This document shows positions 51,598 through 61,504 of a DNA stretch of 64,000 nucleotides, in pieces. Numbering within the stretch: the first letter of the stretch is position 1; each line of letters starts with the position of its first letter. The stretch comes from an uncultured Trueperaceae bacterium (GTDB taxonomy: Bacteria > Deinococcota > Deinococci > Deinococcales > Trueperaceae). A program made the translations under genes and the position numbers. Location: positions 64,001 to 128,000 of the forward strand of contig CAWCXJ010000001.1 in assembly GCA_963799485.1 (NCBI GenBank). Direction: 5' to 3'. The notes beneath the pieces were generated by a model. It did not search any database. It saw only the letters and a list, made by a program, of their open reading frames with translations, and had not been told where the DNA came from.

Positions 51598-52626
51598 TCA
51601 CAGAACACTTTGTAAGGGCGCAGTCTGCTGCCAGCCTTCGGCGCTTTGGGTCGCTTTGAGGATGAGCTCGAGCACGGCCCGCCCATCCTCCGCGCCGTGA
51701 AGCGGCTGCGTGCCGTCCCGCAAACAGTCAACAAAGTAACCAATTTCTTCGGTAAAGGTGCTCTCGATATTAGGTAAGACACGCTCCGCAGGTGTAGCAA
51801 ACCCGGTCGGGCGGTAGTAAAGGATGTTGCTCGAGCCGAACAACTCTCCTTTATCCCCCACCAGATGCAGTTTGTGCGTTCCGTAGGGCAGCGGCATCGC
51901 CCACGAGGTAAAAATCTCGCCGAGGACGCCGTTTTGAAAGCGAACCTGCACGCTCGCGGTGTCTTCTCCCTCGATTCTCATATGAAAGCGGCTCATGCTG
52001 CCGCGAACCGCCGCGAGCGGTGCGCCTGCCAGATAGAGCAGCAGGTACGCCGGATGATAGCCGGTATCGATGAGTTCGCCGCCGCCCTGTGAGGCGACGC
52101 TGCCACGCCAGGTACCGTGCATTGCGGTTGCGGGCGGAACGTAAAAGTCCTGTGTCCGGAGCCAGCGGAGTTGCCCAATTAGACCTTCATCCAGTAACCG
52201 TTTGGCCTCCCGCACGACCGGGGTGAAGAGCTGATTGTGGGCCGACATGTAGGTGACGCCCGAACGCGCGACCGCTGCTACGATCGTGTCCGCTTCGGCA
52301 AGCGTCGTACACATCGGTTTTTCGCAGAGGATGTGTTTTCCCGCTGCCGCTGCCGCCAGAATTGCCGGGGCGTGCAGCCGGTGCGGCAGTGCGATGATTA
52401 CGGCGTCCAAACCTTGCTGTTCAGCGAGCAGCGTGTTCCAATCGTGATAGAGCGCCGGACTAGTGCCGAGCTGCGCGGCGCGGAGAGAAAGCGCCGCATC
52501 CGATACGTCGCAGAGGGCGACGCACTCGAGTTTATCCGCATGTGCCAGCATTCCGGCAACATGAACCCGCGCGATACTGCCCGCACCGAGCAGGGCGACT
52601 TTGAGTTTTCTTACGTCACTTGTCAT
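51598..52626 (-). CDS. Gfo/Idh/MocA oxidoreductase
   Basis: LGAGSIA, HILCEKPM, GGGELIDTGYH; start revised to MTSDVRK. Confidence 0.9.
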   Translation of the reverse strand: MTSDVRKLKVALLGAGSIARVHVAGMLAHADKLECVALCDVSDAALSLRAAQLGTSPALYHDWNTLLAEQQGLDAVIIALPHRLHAPAILAAAAAGKHILCEKPMCTTLAEADTIVAAVARSGVTYMSAHNQLFTPVVREAKRLLDEGLIGQLRWLRTQDFYVPPATAMHGTWRGSVASQGGGELIDTGYHPAYLLLYLAGAPLAAVRGSMSRFHMRIEGEDTASVQVRFQNGVLGEIFTSWAMPLPYGTHKLHLVGDKGELFGSSNILYYRPTGFATPAERVLPNIESTFTEEIGYFVDCLRDGTQPLHGAEDGRAVLELILKATQSAEGWQQTAPLQSVL

Positions 52627-52627
52627 C

Positions 52628-55600
52628 TTAGTCCTGTGCCGGGGTGAGTTTGAGGGTAACGATTTCAAAAGGTTTGAGGTCGAAAGTGACGGAATTGCCC
52701 TGAACCTCGAGGGTCTCGCGGCCCTGCTCGAGCAGATTCGTCCGTTCGGCTGTTGCCAGAGTAAAGCCGACTGTCAGCGTGACCGGCCCGCGCTGCCGCT
52801 GCGACTCGTAAAGCCGCACGACAATCCCCGAACCGTCTTCAGCGTGTTTTACGGTTTCGATGACGGCGTTGGGTCGGTTTACGGCTAAAAAGCTCGTCGG
52901 CGCAGCCGCTTCGCCGCTCGCTTTAACAGCTAAAAGCGGGTCGTTGAGTGCGTAGGCGGCTTTGATAGTCGTTTCACCCACCGCGCCTGCGTGCGGCAGC
53001 AAGCTGTAGGTGAAGATGTGCCGGCCCTGGTCGGCTTCGGGGTCGGGTGCGGTCGGACTCCGTAACAGAGAGAGCCGCACCGTGCCGCCCTGCACGTCGT
53101 TGCCGTATTTACAGTCGTTTAAGAGGCTGACGCCGTAATCGGACTCGGACACGTCTACCCACTTTTGTGCGCAGGTTTCAAAGCGTGCCCAGTCCCACGA
53201 AGTGTTGCGGTGCGTCGGGCGCTGCACACTGCCCCACTGGATTTCGTGCGTGGCAACCGGCGACAAGATAGGCGTCGGAAAGGCGACTTTGAGCAGGGTA
53301 TGCCGCTCTCGCCAGTCTATTTCAGTCGTAATATCCAACTGAGGGCTGTTATAGCTGAGGGACAAACGCTGGGTGTAGGGGCTGTGCAAAATCCGCCGTT
53401 TAATCTCTACCGTCGCGCGTAACGGCCCTTGTTCAATTACCCTCACCGCTGAGGCCGGTTCAGCGTAGTAGACCTTATCGTCGTAAAAGATATCTACGTC
53501 CCACGCGTCCCAGGCGTTGGGTCGGTCTTCAAACGCTAGAAACTCGTTGCCTTTGGCACCTTCAGCCAAGACTTCACGGTTGGTGGTTTTGTCGAAGACC
53601 CTGGTCAAATCCCCTTCGGCGCTCAGTTCAACCCGGATGAAGGTGTTTTCAAGCTGGGTTTCACTTACGCTCAGCTCGGGTACAGGCGTATCGGTCTCAT
53701 CCCCGCTTCTCAGGGGTGTGGCGCTGTAGGGCTCGAGCCTGCCTGCCGCCAGCAGCGTTCCGCCCTCGACCGCTTGCGTCAACACCGGCAAGCCGTCGGC
53801 GCGCCGTAAAGCCCCCACCGTCTCGGCAACCAAGACCAAATCGTCGCGCACAAACGAAGTCGGGTTGACGACCACGACTTCACCGCCCATGTTTTGCGCG
53901 ATAACCGTTAGGGCAGAGTCCCTGGCCCCCTCGCCTAAAGCCTTGACTTCTTCGTACTGTTCCAGAGATTCGGTATAGACCTCGCCGATGCTGCTGCCGG
54001 GGATGATGTCGTGAAACTGGTTCAGGCACACCAGCTCCCACGCTCTGCCGAGGTCGGTTTTGGGGTAGCTGTAACTTTTGTCCAATGTGCTTGCCAAAGA
54101 AGCCAAAAACTCGGCGTCGTGGAGCAAAAACTCGCTTTTACGGTTCGCACGTTTGTTACGGCTCTGCGTGGTGTAGGTGCCCCGGTGCAGCTCGAGGTAC
54201 AGCTCGCCGTTCCAGGTTGGCAGGTGCTCGCCGGAGGTCTTCATAAGCCCCTCGAAAAAACTTTTTGCGGTGCTAAAGCGCATCTGCGGTTGCGCCGGAA
54301 AGTCTTGCATCAAGGTAATGTTTTCTAACATTTCGCGCGTCGGGCCGCCGCCGCCGTCACCGTAACCATAGGCCATAAAGAGGTCTTGCGCGGCGTCTTT
54401 TTGCTGGAAATTGCGCCAGGTACCGAGGTTTTGCGCGGGCGTTGCCGCCGCGTTGTAGGTACTCGCGTGTGGGCCGGTGGGGTCGGGGGTCGTTGAAAAG
54501 TGCGTCAAGACTTTGGTGCCGTCCAACCCTTGCCAGTAAAACGAATCGTAGGGGAGACGGTTGTACTGGCTCCAGCCGATTTTGATGGTGAAGAAATACT
54601 CCAAACCCGCTTCCTTGATGAGCTGCGGCAGGTTCCAGGCGTAGCCGAACACGTCGGGGAGCCACAAGATAGGCGAATCGACCTCACCAAAGTGTTCCTT
54701 ATAAAACGCTCGCCCCAGCACGAACTGCCGCGCCAGCGACTCGGAACCCGACAAGTTGCAGTCGGCTTCAATCCACATCCCGCCCAGGGTTTCCCAGCGG
54801 CCTTCGGCGACCCGTTTTTTGATGTCCTCGAACAGCTCGGGGTAATCTTGCCGCACGTAGTCGTAAAGCTGCGGCTGACTCTGCGAAAAGGTGTAGTCGG
54901 GAAACTCTTCCATGAGCCGCGTCACGGTGTGAAAGGTGCGCCCGGCTTTACGGCGCGTCTGCGAGAGCGTCCAGAGCCACGCCACGTCGATGTGGGCGTG
55001 TCCGGCGGCGGCGACCGTCACCGCTTCGGCGGGGCCGGCTTGGGCAATTCCGGCTTTGAGCGTGTCTAAAGCGCCGGGGACGCTGCCGTAAAAGGCGTCG
55101 TGGTCGGGCTCGTTTTGGTCTATTGCGCGGGTCTCGAGTCTCTTGAACGCCTCATCGAGCGCGTTAAGCAGGTGTCCTTTCGCCGGGTCGTTGTCGTCCA
55201 GATGATTGGCTGTCGCGAGCGCAACCCGTGCCAAATTGACGAACTCGCGGGTGGTGGGCCCCAACTGCACGACGCTGCATTCGCGCAGATATAAGCGCCG
55301 GTCTTCGGCGTAGTTGATACCCGTCCAACCGTGCAGCGCCAGCTCATGCGTGCCCCTTACGCCGTCCGGCAACCGCACCTCCTGGTGATGGCGGTCGGCG
55401 GCGGCGTAAGGCGTGGCGTCCAGGTAGACGAGCGTTTCCGGGTGGCTGAAGTCGCCCGCTTCACCGAGCGGCAAGTAGAGCGCGACGGGTAAGCTGCTGT
55501 CCCAGCTTTCCGGCACCGTAAACGAACTGCGAATCATAAACTCGGTGCGGGGTGCGCCCCAGTACGAGCCGAACGGCATCGTTTCCCAGTCCGAGGTAGT

Positions 55601-55759
55601 GGTGTTGAGGAGGGGGGGCTCGAGCGGAGAGTCCAGCTTTTTATACTTGAACGTTTTCAGGGGGGCGTGGCGGCGGTAGACGAGCGGGACGATGAATTTA
55701 AGGCGTTTCTCGAGCTTTTCGGCGGTATGACGAACGCTGTGATGGGCACTGTGACGCAA
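52628..55759 (-). CDS. Alpha-mannosidase, GH38
   Basis: GHAHIDVAWLW, WLPDVFGY, YGYGDGGGGPT, GELYLELHRGTYT, NQFHDIIPGSSI, LSLLRSP. Confidence 0.95.
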   Translation of the reverse strand: MRHSAHHSVRHTAEKLEKRLKFIVPLVYRRHAPLKTFKYKKLDSPLEPPLLNTTTSDWETMPFGSYWGAPRTEFMIRSSFTVPESWDSSLPVALYLPLGEAGDFSHPETLVYLDATPYAAADRHHQEVRLPDGVRGTHELALHGWTGINYAEDRRLYLRECSVVQLGPTTREFVNLARVALATANHLDDNDPAKGHLLNALDEAFKRLETRAIDQNEPDHDAFYGSVPGALDTLKAGIAQAGPAEAVTVAAAGHAHIDVAWLWTLSQTRRKAGRTFHTVTRLMEEFPDYTFSQSQPQLYDYVRQDYPELFEDIKKRVAEGRWETLGGMWIEADCNLSGSESLARQFVLGRAFYKEHFGEVDSPILWLPDVFGYAWNLPQLIKEAGLEYFFTIKIGWSQYNRLPYDSFYWQGLDGTKVLTHFSTTPDPTGPHASTYNAAATPAQNLGTWRNFQQKDAAQDLFMAYGYGDGGGGPTREMLENITLMQDFPAQPQMRFSTAKSFFEGLMKTSGEHLPTWNGELYLELHRGTYTTQSRNKRANRKSEFLLHDAEFLASLASTLDKSYSYPKTDLGRAWELVCLNQFHDIIPGSSIGEVYTESLEQYEEVKALGEGARDSALTVIAQNMGGEVVVVNPTSFVRDDLVLVAETVGALRRADGLPVLTQAVEGGTLLAAGRLEPYSATPLRSGDETDTPVPELSVSETQLENTFIRVELSAEGDLTRVFDKTTNREVLAEGAKGNEFLAFEDRPNAWDAWDVDIFYDDKVYYAEPASAVRVIEQGPLRATVEIKRRILHSPYTQRLSLSYNSPQLDITTEIDWRERHTLLKVAFPTPILSPVATHEIQWGSVQRPTHRNTSWDWARFETCAQKWVDVSESDYGVSLLNDCKYGNDVQGGTVRLSLLRSPTAPDPEADQGRHIFTYSLLPHAGAVGETTIKAAYALNDPLLAVKASGEAAAPTSFLAVNRPNAVIETVKHAEDGSGIVVRLYESQRQRGPVTLTVGFTLATAERTNLLEQGRETLEVQGNSVTFDLKPFEIVTLKLTPAQD

Positions 55760-55817
55760 CGGTTTCTCCTAAATCGGGTGGTGATATTTCTGAACGGGCG
55801 GTAGACTGTCCCCGGCG

Positions 55818-56408
55818 ATGCGACTTTTAGACAACCAATTTTACTGGTGGCTCAACCGCCTCAGCAGTTACCTGCTCCTAAGCGGTTTGTGGCTCCTCTC
55901 TTCTTCACTGGTCATCACCCTCTTTCCGGCGACGGTCGCCATGTTTGCGGTGTTTCGCGCCTGGCAGGATAACCCCGACGACGCCTTTTATATACACTTC
56001 TTCGCCCGGTTTCGCACCTCTTTCGGGCAGGATTTTCTGCTCGGTCTTTTGTGGCTGCTCGTGGCGGCGCTGCTCGTTCTCAACGCGCTGCTGGTGCCGC
56101 AAGTCGCCGCCCCCTTGCGTCCGCTGGTTTTTGCGCTGATCGCGCTGGGGGCTGTTTTGTACTTTGCCGCGAGCGTATTTATCTTTCCCCTCCGGGTCGG
56201 TACGACACTGGGTTTGTGGGCGAGTGTCAGGGCCGCCGTTATTCTAGGCATGACGCAACTCGGGACGACGGCGCTTTGCCTCGGCGTGCTGGTACTCGCA
56301 GGGGTCGCCTTCTGGTTTTTCCCAGCCAGCTTGCTGCTGAGTGGGACGGTCGCCGCGCATCTCGTCTACCGACTCTGCTACCGCCGTATCGCCCAGATTT
56401 TTACGTGA
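55818..56408 (+). CDS. YesL/DUF624-family membrane protein
   Basis: LWLL.S.LVITLFPATVAMFAV, FF..FR..F, several TM helices; sugar-ABC context. Confidence 0.85.
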   Translation: MRLLDNQFYWWLNRLSSYLLLSGLWLLSSSLVITLFPATVAMFAVFRAWQDNPDDAFYIHFFARFRTSFGQDFLLGLLWLLVAALLVLNALLVPQVAAPLRPLVFALIALGAVLYFAASVFIFPLRVGTTLGLWASVRAAVILGMTQLGTTALCLGVLVLAGVAFWFFPASLLLSGTVAAHLVYRLCYRRIAQIFT

Positions 56409-56412
56409 CCCG

Positions 56413-57288
56413 TCACTTGACACTGCCCAACGTAATCCCTTCTAAAAACGCCCGCTGAAAGAGTAAAAAGATGATGACGACCGGCAACACGATTAAAGTA
56501 GAAGCCGCCATCAGCAGATTGAACTGCACGTCGTACTGTGAGCGGAAAAACGTCAGGCCGATAGCGAGCGTGTATTTGCTCTCGTCCTGAAGGTAAATCA
56601 GCGGCCCGATAAAGTCGTTCCAGGCGTAGAGCGCCGCAAAAATCCCGATGACGCCGACAGCGGGCAGCGTCAACGGCAGAACGACCCTGCTAAAGACCTG
56701 AAACTCGTTCGCGCCGTCGATACGGGCGGCGTCGGAGACCTCCATCGGAATCTGCATGAGAAACTGCCGCATCAGAAAAATCCAGAAGGCTTGACCGAAA
56801 AACATCGGCACCACCAGCGGCAAAAAGGTGTTGATCCAGCCCAGCCGCGCGAAGATGTCGAAGAGTGCGATAATCACCACCGGAAAGGGGATAAACACGG
56901 TGGCCATGACCAGCAAGAACACCCGGTTGCGGCCCGGCCACTCGAGCCGCGAAAAGCCGTAGGCGATGAGCGGGTTTGAGATGACCGAACCGACGACCGT
57001 TAAAACCGTCACGGTTAAGGTGTTGCTCAAAAATCTGAAAAAAGGGATGTAATTCACCGCCTCGGTGAAGTTGCGCCACTGCGGATTTTGCGGAAACAGC
57101 GTCGGCGGAAAAACCGCGAGTTCCTGATCGGTTTTGAGGGCGGTGGCGATCATCCAGTAGAGCGGCAACAGCAGCGCGATACTAAAGAGGATGAGGAGAA
57201 ACCTCGAGACCCACTTTTGCGTCTCTTTACGAGTGCGGGTTTTGGGGCCGGTTGCCGGTTGACTGAGGGTTCTCGGCGTCGTCGCCAT
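56413..57288 (-). CDS. Carbohydrate ABC transporter permease (MalG-like)
   Basis: AYGFSRL, FLMRQF..IP.E..DAARIDGA, WNDF..PLIYL; start revised to MATTPRT. Confidence 0.93.
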   Translation of the reverse strand: MATTPRTLSQPATGPKTRTRKETQKWVSRFLLILFSIALLLPLYWMIATALKTDQELAVFPPTLFPQNPQWRNFTEAVNYIPFFRFLSNTLTVTVLTVVGSVISNPLIAYGFSRLEWPGRNRVFLLVMATVFIPFPVVIIALFDIFARLGWINTFLPLVVPMFFGQAFWIFLMRQFLMQIPMEVSDAARIDGANEFQVFSRVVLPLTLPAVGVIGIFAALYAWNDFIGPLIYLQDESKYTLAIGLTFFRSQYDVQFNLLMAASTLIVLPVVIIFLLFQRAFLEGITLGSVK

Positions 57289-58187
57289 CAGGCCACCGTC
57301 TCGTAGTTGACCCAGCGCCGCGAGGTGCGAAAAATCAGCAGCGCCAGAAAAAGCGTGATAATAAAGAGCACCCACGCCATCGCCGAGGCCGCGCCCATAT
57401 TGCTGTAGCGAAACGCTTGATTGTAGAGGTAGTACACGTAAAAGTTCGTGGCATTCGCCGGGCCGCCGGAGGTAATGATATAGGCTTGCGCGAAGACCTG
57501 AAGTCCCAAGCTGAGACCCAGAATCAGCGAGTAGAGGATGACGGGCGTCATGAGCGGCAGCGTGACGCTCCAAAAGCGGCGCAGCGGCCCCGCGCCATCT
57601 AGGACTGCGGCCTCATACAGCGTTTTGGGGATAGCTTTAAGTCCGGCTAAAAAAACCAGCGCGGTATTCCCCGCGCCGAACTGCGCCAACAAGACCAGCC
57701 CCAGCTTGGCGTAACGCGGGTCGCCGAACCAGTTGATGTTGGGTAGCCCCAGGGCCACCATCAGCTGATTGAAGATGCCGCGGTTGGGGTCAAGCAGCGC
57801 GATAAAGATGAACGACACCGCGAACAGGGGCAGCACCGAAGGCAAGTACAGTGCGGCGCGGTAGAGAGACACCTCACGTAAGGGCTGGTTCATGGCAATC
57901 GCCATCGCCATCGCCATCGCCACGACGATACCGATGGGCACGGCGAGCGCCGTGTAGTAGAGCGTATTCCAGAGCGAATCCCAAAAAACGGTATCCGTCC
58001 AGAGTGCCTTGTAGTTGGCGAAACCGACCCACAGCGGGGTACCGAAGCCGGTATAACGGGTAAAACTAATACGCAAGGTGTAAAAAACCGGGTAGACCGT
58101 AAACGCCAGAAAGCCTAAAATCCACGGCGAGATAAACATCAGGCCGAGGAGTAGTTTACGGCGCTCGAGTGGAGAAAGCCGGCGCAT
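57288..58187 (-). CDS. Carbohydrate ABC transporter permease (MalF-like)
   Basis: FISPWILGF, NTLYY, LAGLKAIP..LYEAA.LDGA, MGAASAMAW. Confidence 0.93.
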   Translation of the reverse strand: MRRLSPLERRKLLLGLMFISPWILGFLAFTVYPVFYTLRISFTRYTGFGTPLWVGFANYKALWTDTVFWDSLWNTLYYTALAVPIGIVVAMAMAMAIAMNQPLREVSLYRAALYLPSVLPLFAVSFIFIALLDPNRGIFNQLMVALGLPNINWFGDPRYAKLGLVLLAQFGAGNTALVFLAGLKAIPKTLYEAAVLDGAGPLRRFWSVTLPLMTPVILYSLILGLSLGLQVFAQAYIITSGGPANATNFYVYYLYNQAFRYSNMGAASAMAWVLFIITLFLALLIFRTSRRWVNYETVA

Positions 58188-58203
58188 CAGAAACCTCCAA
58201 ACA

Positions 58204-58230
58204 AGGTGCCGGAGGTTTACTCCGGCACCT
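58204..58230. promoter_or_regulatory. Intercistronic stem-loop after the substrate-binding protein gene
   Basis: AGGTGCCGGAG-gttta-CTCCGGCACCT. Confidence 0.55.
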
Positions 58231-58252
58231 GAAAGCTAGAGCGAGCGGTGGG

Positions 58253-59170
58253 CTAGTTCGCCGCCGCTTGGAGTTGGGCGCAAAACGGTTGCAGCTGCGG
58301 CTGCACACGCGCCGCAACTTGCTCCAAAGCGGGTAGCGGCTCTTGCTGATTGAGGTAAACCTTTTCCCAGGCGCTTGTCAGCTCGTCCCAGTAGAGCGCG
58401 CCGACAGGGAGCGGTGGGCGGTTCTGAGCGGTCGGGAGTAGGTCTCTAAAAAACCGGTACCTACCTTTGAAGAGCGACTGATCCTCGAGCAGCGCCGTCA
58501 ACGTCGGCAAGCGTTGCCTCTCGGTGGTGTAAACGCGCTGCCCCGGCTCACCGGCAAAGTACTTCATAAATTCAAAGGCGGCTTCAGGTTCTTTGGCGCC
58601 CTGCGGCATCACTACCGACCAGCCTCCGGCCCACGTCACCGACTCGCCGCCTTCGGTTGCTGCGGGAATATAGGTTACGCCGTAGTTGAGGTCGGGCGCA
58701 TAGCGCTCCAGGTTGCTGAGCATCCAGTCGCCGGTAATGACCATCGCCAGCTGCTGCGCGATAAAGGGGTTTTGCTGCGGGGGCAAGTCGGGCCGGGTAA
58801 AGGCTTGCCGAAACGCCTGCACCTGCTGTGGGCCTTTTTCGGCGGCGTAGTCGTAGGCGTACCGAAACGCCGCGACGACCCCTTCGTTTGTCGGCGTCAC
58901 CTGACACGCAGCTTCGTCGTAAAAGCTGCCGCCGAAATCGAAGCCGTAGGTGTAGTGCCAGCCCTGCTCGAACCAGGGGATAAAGCCCATCTTGTCATAG
59001 TTGCCCTCGGCGTTTTTCTGATCAACTTGAGCGGCGAGTTCCCCGACGCGGGCCAGCGTCACCGGGCCGTTGGCGGGCTCGAGTTCGCTGACGTCGACCC
59101 CGGCGGCCTCCAACATGTCGATGTTGTAGTAGAGCGCGCGGGCATCGGTATCGAAAGGCAGTGCGTAGGG
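58253..59170 (-). pseudogene. Sugar ABC substrate-binding protein lacking its 5' part
   Basis: Begins mid-protein at YALPFDTDARALYYN; no signal peptide or RBS; AMVITGDW, WAGGWS. Confidence 0.8.
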
Positions 59171-59377
59171 GTACCGCAAGAGTTGGCGGTAGTCGGTTTC
59201 GACGACGTTCCCTTAGCGGAAGCGCGCGCGCTCACGACGGTTGCGCAACCGAGCCGAGAGATCGGTTTGCAGGCGGCGCGGCAACTGCTCAGCCGTATCG
59301 GGGGTGACACCTCCCCGGCGAAGCGGCTGCTGCTCCCGACGCGGCTGGTGGTGCGCGGGTCGTGCGGGGCACGCTAA
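59168..59377 (+). pseudogene. C-terminal fragment of a LacI-family regulator
   Basis: GVPQELAVVGFDD, LTTVAQP..EIG..AA..LL, LPTRLVVRGS; HTH domain and start absent. Confidence 0.85.
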
Positions 59378-59486
59378 GCCCCGGTTTTGCAAGCACCGTA
59401 AAACGTCGCGGCAACCCGTTAGGTGCCGCTGGCTGGGCTTTTATTTGGGTGTGGGGCTGAAGTCAGGACTGCTGCTTGACTCGAGC

Positions 59487-60098
59487 CTACGGCGTAAAGC
59501 CAAACGTCGTTTCGACAACGCCCGGTAAAACGCGGTAGATAGAGCGCCCTATAGCCGCCTCCATCTCCGCTTGAACACCGAACAAAGCCCGCCATTTCGA
59601 GACGGTCAGCGTGTCTACGCCGTAGCGTAGCGCCACGTCCAGACACCGTTTTTCGATCAAGCAGACCCCTTCGGGAAGTGCAAGTGCGTCGCAAAGTTGA
59701 ATGAGTCTGTCGTAAGGGGTATAGGTTAAACTCATGAGATAGGTTTCAGCCATACTCAGTTCGGTTTCGGTGCAGTCCCAGCTGCCGAAAACAGCGTAGA
59801 TATCTTGTAGCGGGTGGGAATGGGTCAAACAGATACGCGCCGCATCTTCGTAACCCAAATTGTGCAAGAACGTATACCCGTCGAGCGTGTGCCGCATGTT
59901 TGTAACGCCCTCTTGTCTACCGATGTCATGGAGCAAACCCAGGATATAGGCGCTTCCGGGCTCTAGCTGTGGATGCACTTCAGCAAGGTGACGGGCAGCC
60001 AGCGCTACGTTGCGAGAATGCGCTACCCAAGGGCCGGGATTTCTCGCTTCGGCCTCGTCTAAAAGCTTCTCTGCTTCGGCTAATGTAGGAATATTCAT
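59487..60098 (-). CDS. HD-domain protein
   Basis: WVAHS, GLLHDIG, ICLTHS, LIQLCDAL. Confidence 0.88.
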   Translation of the reverse strand: MNIPTLAEAEKLLDEAEARNPGPWVAHSRNVALAARHLAEVHPQLEPGSAYILGLLHDIGRQEGVTNMRHTLDGYTFLHNLGYEDAARICLTHSHPLQDIYAVFGSWDCTETELSMAETYLMSLTYTPYDRLIQLCDALALPEGVCLIEKRCLDVALRYGVDTLTVSKWRALFGVQAEMEAAIGRSIYRVLPGVVETTFGFTP

Positions 60099-60115
60099 CA
60101 GCCTAGTTTAGCCCG

Positions 60116-60145
60116 AAAAAAATGCCCCCTCGAGCCTCGAGGGGG
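60116..60145 (-). terminator. Intrinsic terminator of the BMP gene
   Basis: CCCCCTCGAG/CTCGAGGGGG inverted repeat with a 7-A run (U-tract on minus strand). Confidence 0.75.
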
Positions 60146-60169
60146 GTTAAACTCTCTCGTTCTAAAGGT

Positions 60170-61312
60170 TTACGGCTCGTCGGGCCACGGCCCCTCGACA
60201 CCTTCCACAGCCCACTGCATACTCGTCAAATCACCGACGCTCATCACTGCGCCGTCAGCGACGACCTCGTTACCCTTACGGTCGGTCAGCGGCCCGCTAA
60301 AGGGTTCAAAGGCGGGCGGGTCTTGCGACATCTGCCCCAAGCGTTTCATCACCAGGTCGTAAACCGAAATCTCGCCGAGTTCGCTGTCTTCCACAGATTT
60401 AGCCTTGAGCGCGTCCGTAAACACCGGATTGATGACCGTACCGACGTCCGCGCCGGTTTCGACTGCGCCGCTCGCCAAGAGCGACCAGTAGTCCACGGCT
60501 TCCATGTTTTGCGGCGTATAGGTGCCGTCGCGAATTTTGGTCAGGATGTCGCGGTAGATTTTGTCCCAGTGGACGATCTGCCCGGAAACCACATAATCGG
60601 GGGCAAACGCAAGCATCGGCGAGTAGTGCCCGAAGCTCGGCAATTTGTTCCGCGCGGCGACCTGCACGACGGTAGCGGTATCTTCGGTAAAGGCGAACAC
60701 GTCTACCCCGTCGGCGACAAGCGCCTGCGTCGCCTCGGTCGCGGCGACGGGGTTATAAAAAGCGTTAAGCCAGCGGACGCTGACGGTCGCGTCCGGGTTG
60801 ACCGCGCGCGCACCCATGGTAAAGGCGTTGATGTGCCGTTTGATCTCGGGGATAGGAACGGAACCGACGTAACCAAGTTTGCCACTCTCGGACAGCGCAC
60901 CCGCCATGAGGCCGTTTAGGTAGTAGATTTGGTAAAACTCGGCGGTGTAGGTCGCCACGTTCGGCGCACGCATAAAGCCGGTAGCGTTGGCAAAAATTAC
61001 CTCCGGATAGCGGGCGGCGGCGGCTAGGGTCGCGTCCATAAAACCAAAACTCGTCGTGAAGATGACGTTCGCGCCCTGATTTACGAGCTGGTCGATAAAA
61101 ACTTCCGCGTCGGCTTCGGGCACCGATTCAACCGCGATGGTGTCCAACCAATCAAATTCGTCGTCGAGCATTTGCCGCGCCTGGTCGTGCGCCTCTGTCC
61201 AGCCGTTGTCGTCGGTCGGGCCGACGTAGATAAAGCCGGCGGTGATCTTGTCTTGCTGGGCCAGCGCAAAAGTAAAAATTGCGAGAAAAATCAGAACCGA
61301 AAAACGCCGCAC
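60170..61312 (-). CDS. BMP-family ABC substrate-binding protein (purine/nucleoside type)
   Basis: Signal peptide; GFIYVGP..D.GW..AH, IFTTSFGF, YLNG..AG, INAF.MGA; RBS GGAGG before GTG 61312. Confidence 0.9.
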   Translation of the reverse strand: MRRFSVLIFLAIFTFALAQQDKITAGFIYVGPTDDNGWTEAHDQARQMLDDEFDWLDTIAVESVPEADAEVFIDQLVNQGANVIFTTSFGFMDATLAAAARYPEVIFANATGFMRAPNVATYTAEFYQIYYLNGLMAGALSESGKLGYVGSVPIPEIKRHINAFTMGARAVNPDATVSVRWLNAFYNPVAATEATQALVADGVDVFAFTEDTATVVQVAARNKLPSFGHYSPMLAFAPDYVVSGQIVHWDKIYRDILTKIRDGTYTPQNMEAVDYWSLLASGAVETGADVGTVINPVFTDALKAKSVEDSELGEISVYDLVMKRLGQMSQDPPAFEPFSGPLTDRKGNEVVADGAVMSVGDLTSMQWAVEGVEGPWPDEP

Positions 61313-61470
61313 GTAGACCTCCTGGGGAGACTCGAGGAAAAGACTCGAGTCCACTTTGGTCAGTATATGAAGTTATCGGGCATGACTGCAATCGTCTGTG
61401 CGAACATAAAGCTATTTTGCTCCTGACACTTTGCTGCGTTCTGGTACGTTATACCGTAAAAAATCCCTGA

Positions 61471-61499
61471 TTGACGCTTTGATGTGCTTTTGCTACCGT
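61471..61499 (+). promoter_or_regulatory. Sigma70-type promoter of the Rieske gene (leaderless geometry)
   Basis: TTGACG-17-TACCGT with extended TG; ATG 5 nt downstream. Confidence 0.6.
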
Positions 61500-61504
61500 A
61501 CAGT

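Noticed and set aside
58514..59377. 287-aa plus-strand ORF
   Set aside because: Mostly antisense to the binding-protein gene; only the last about 69 codons are real LacI sequence
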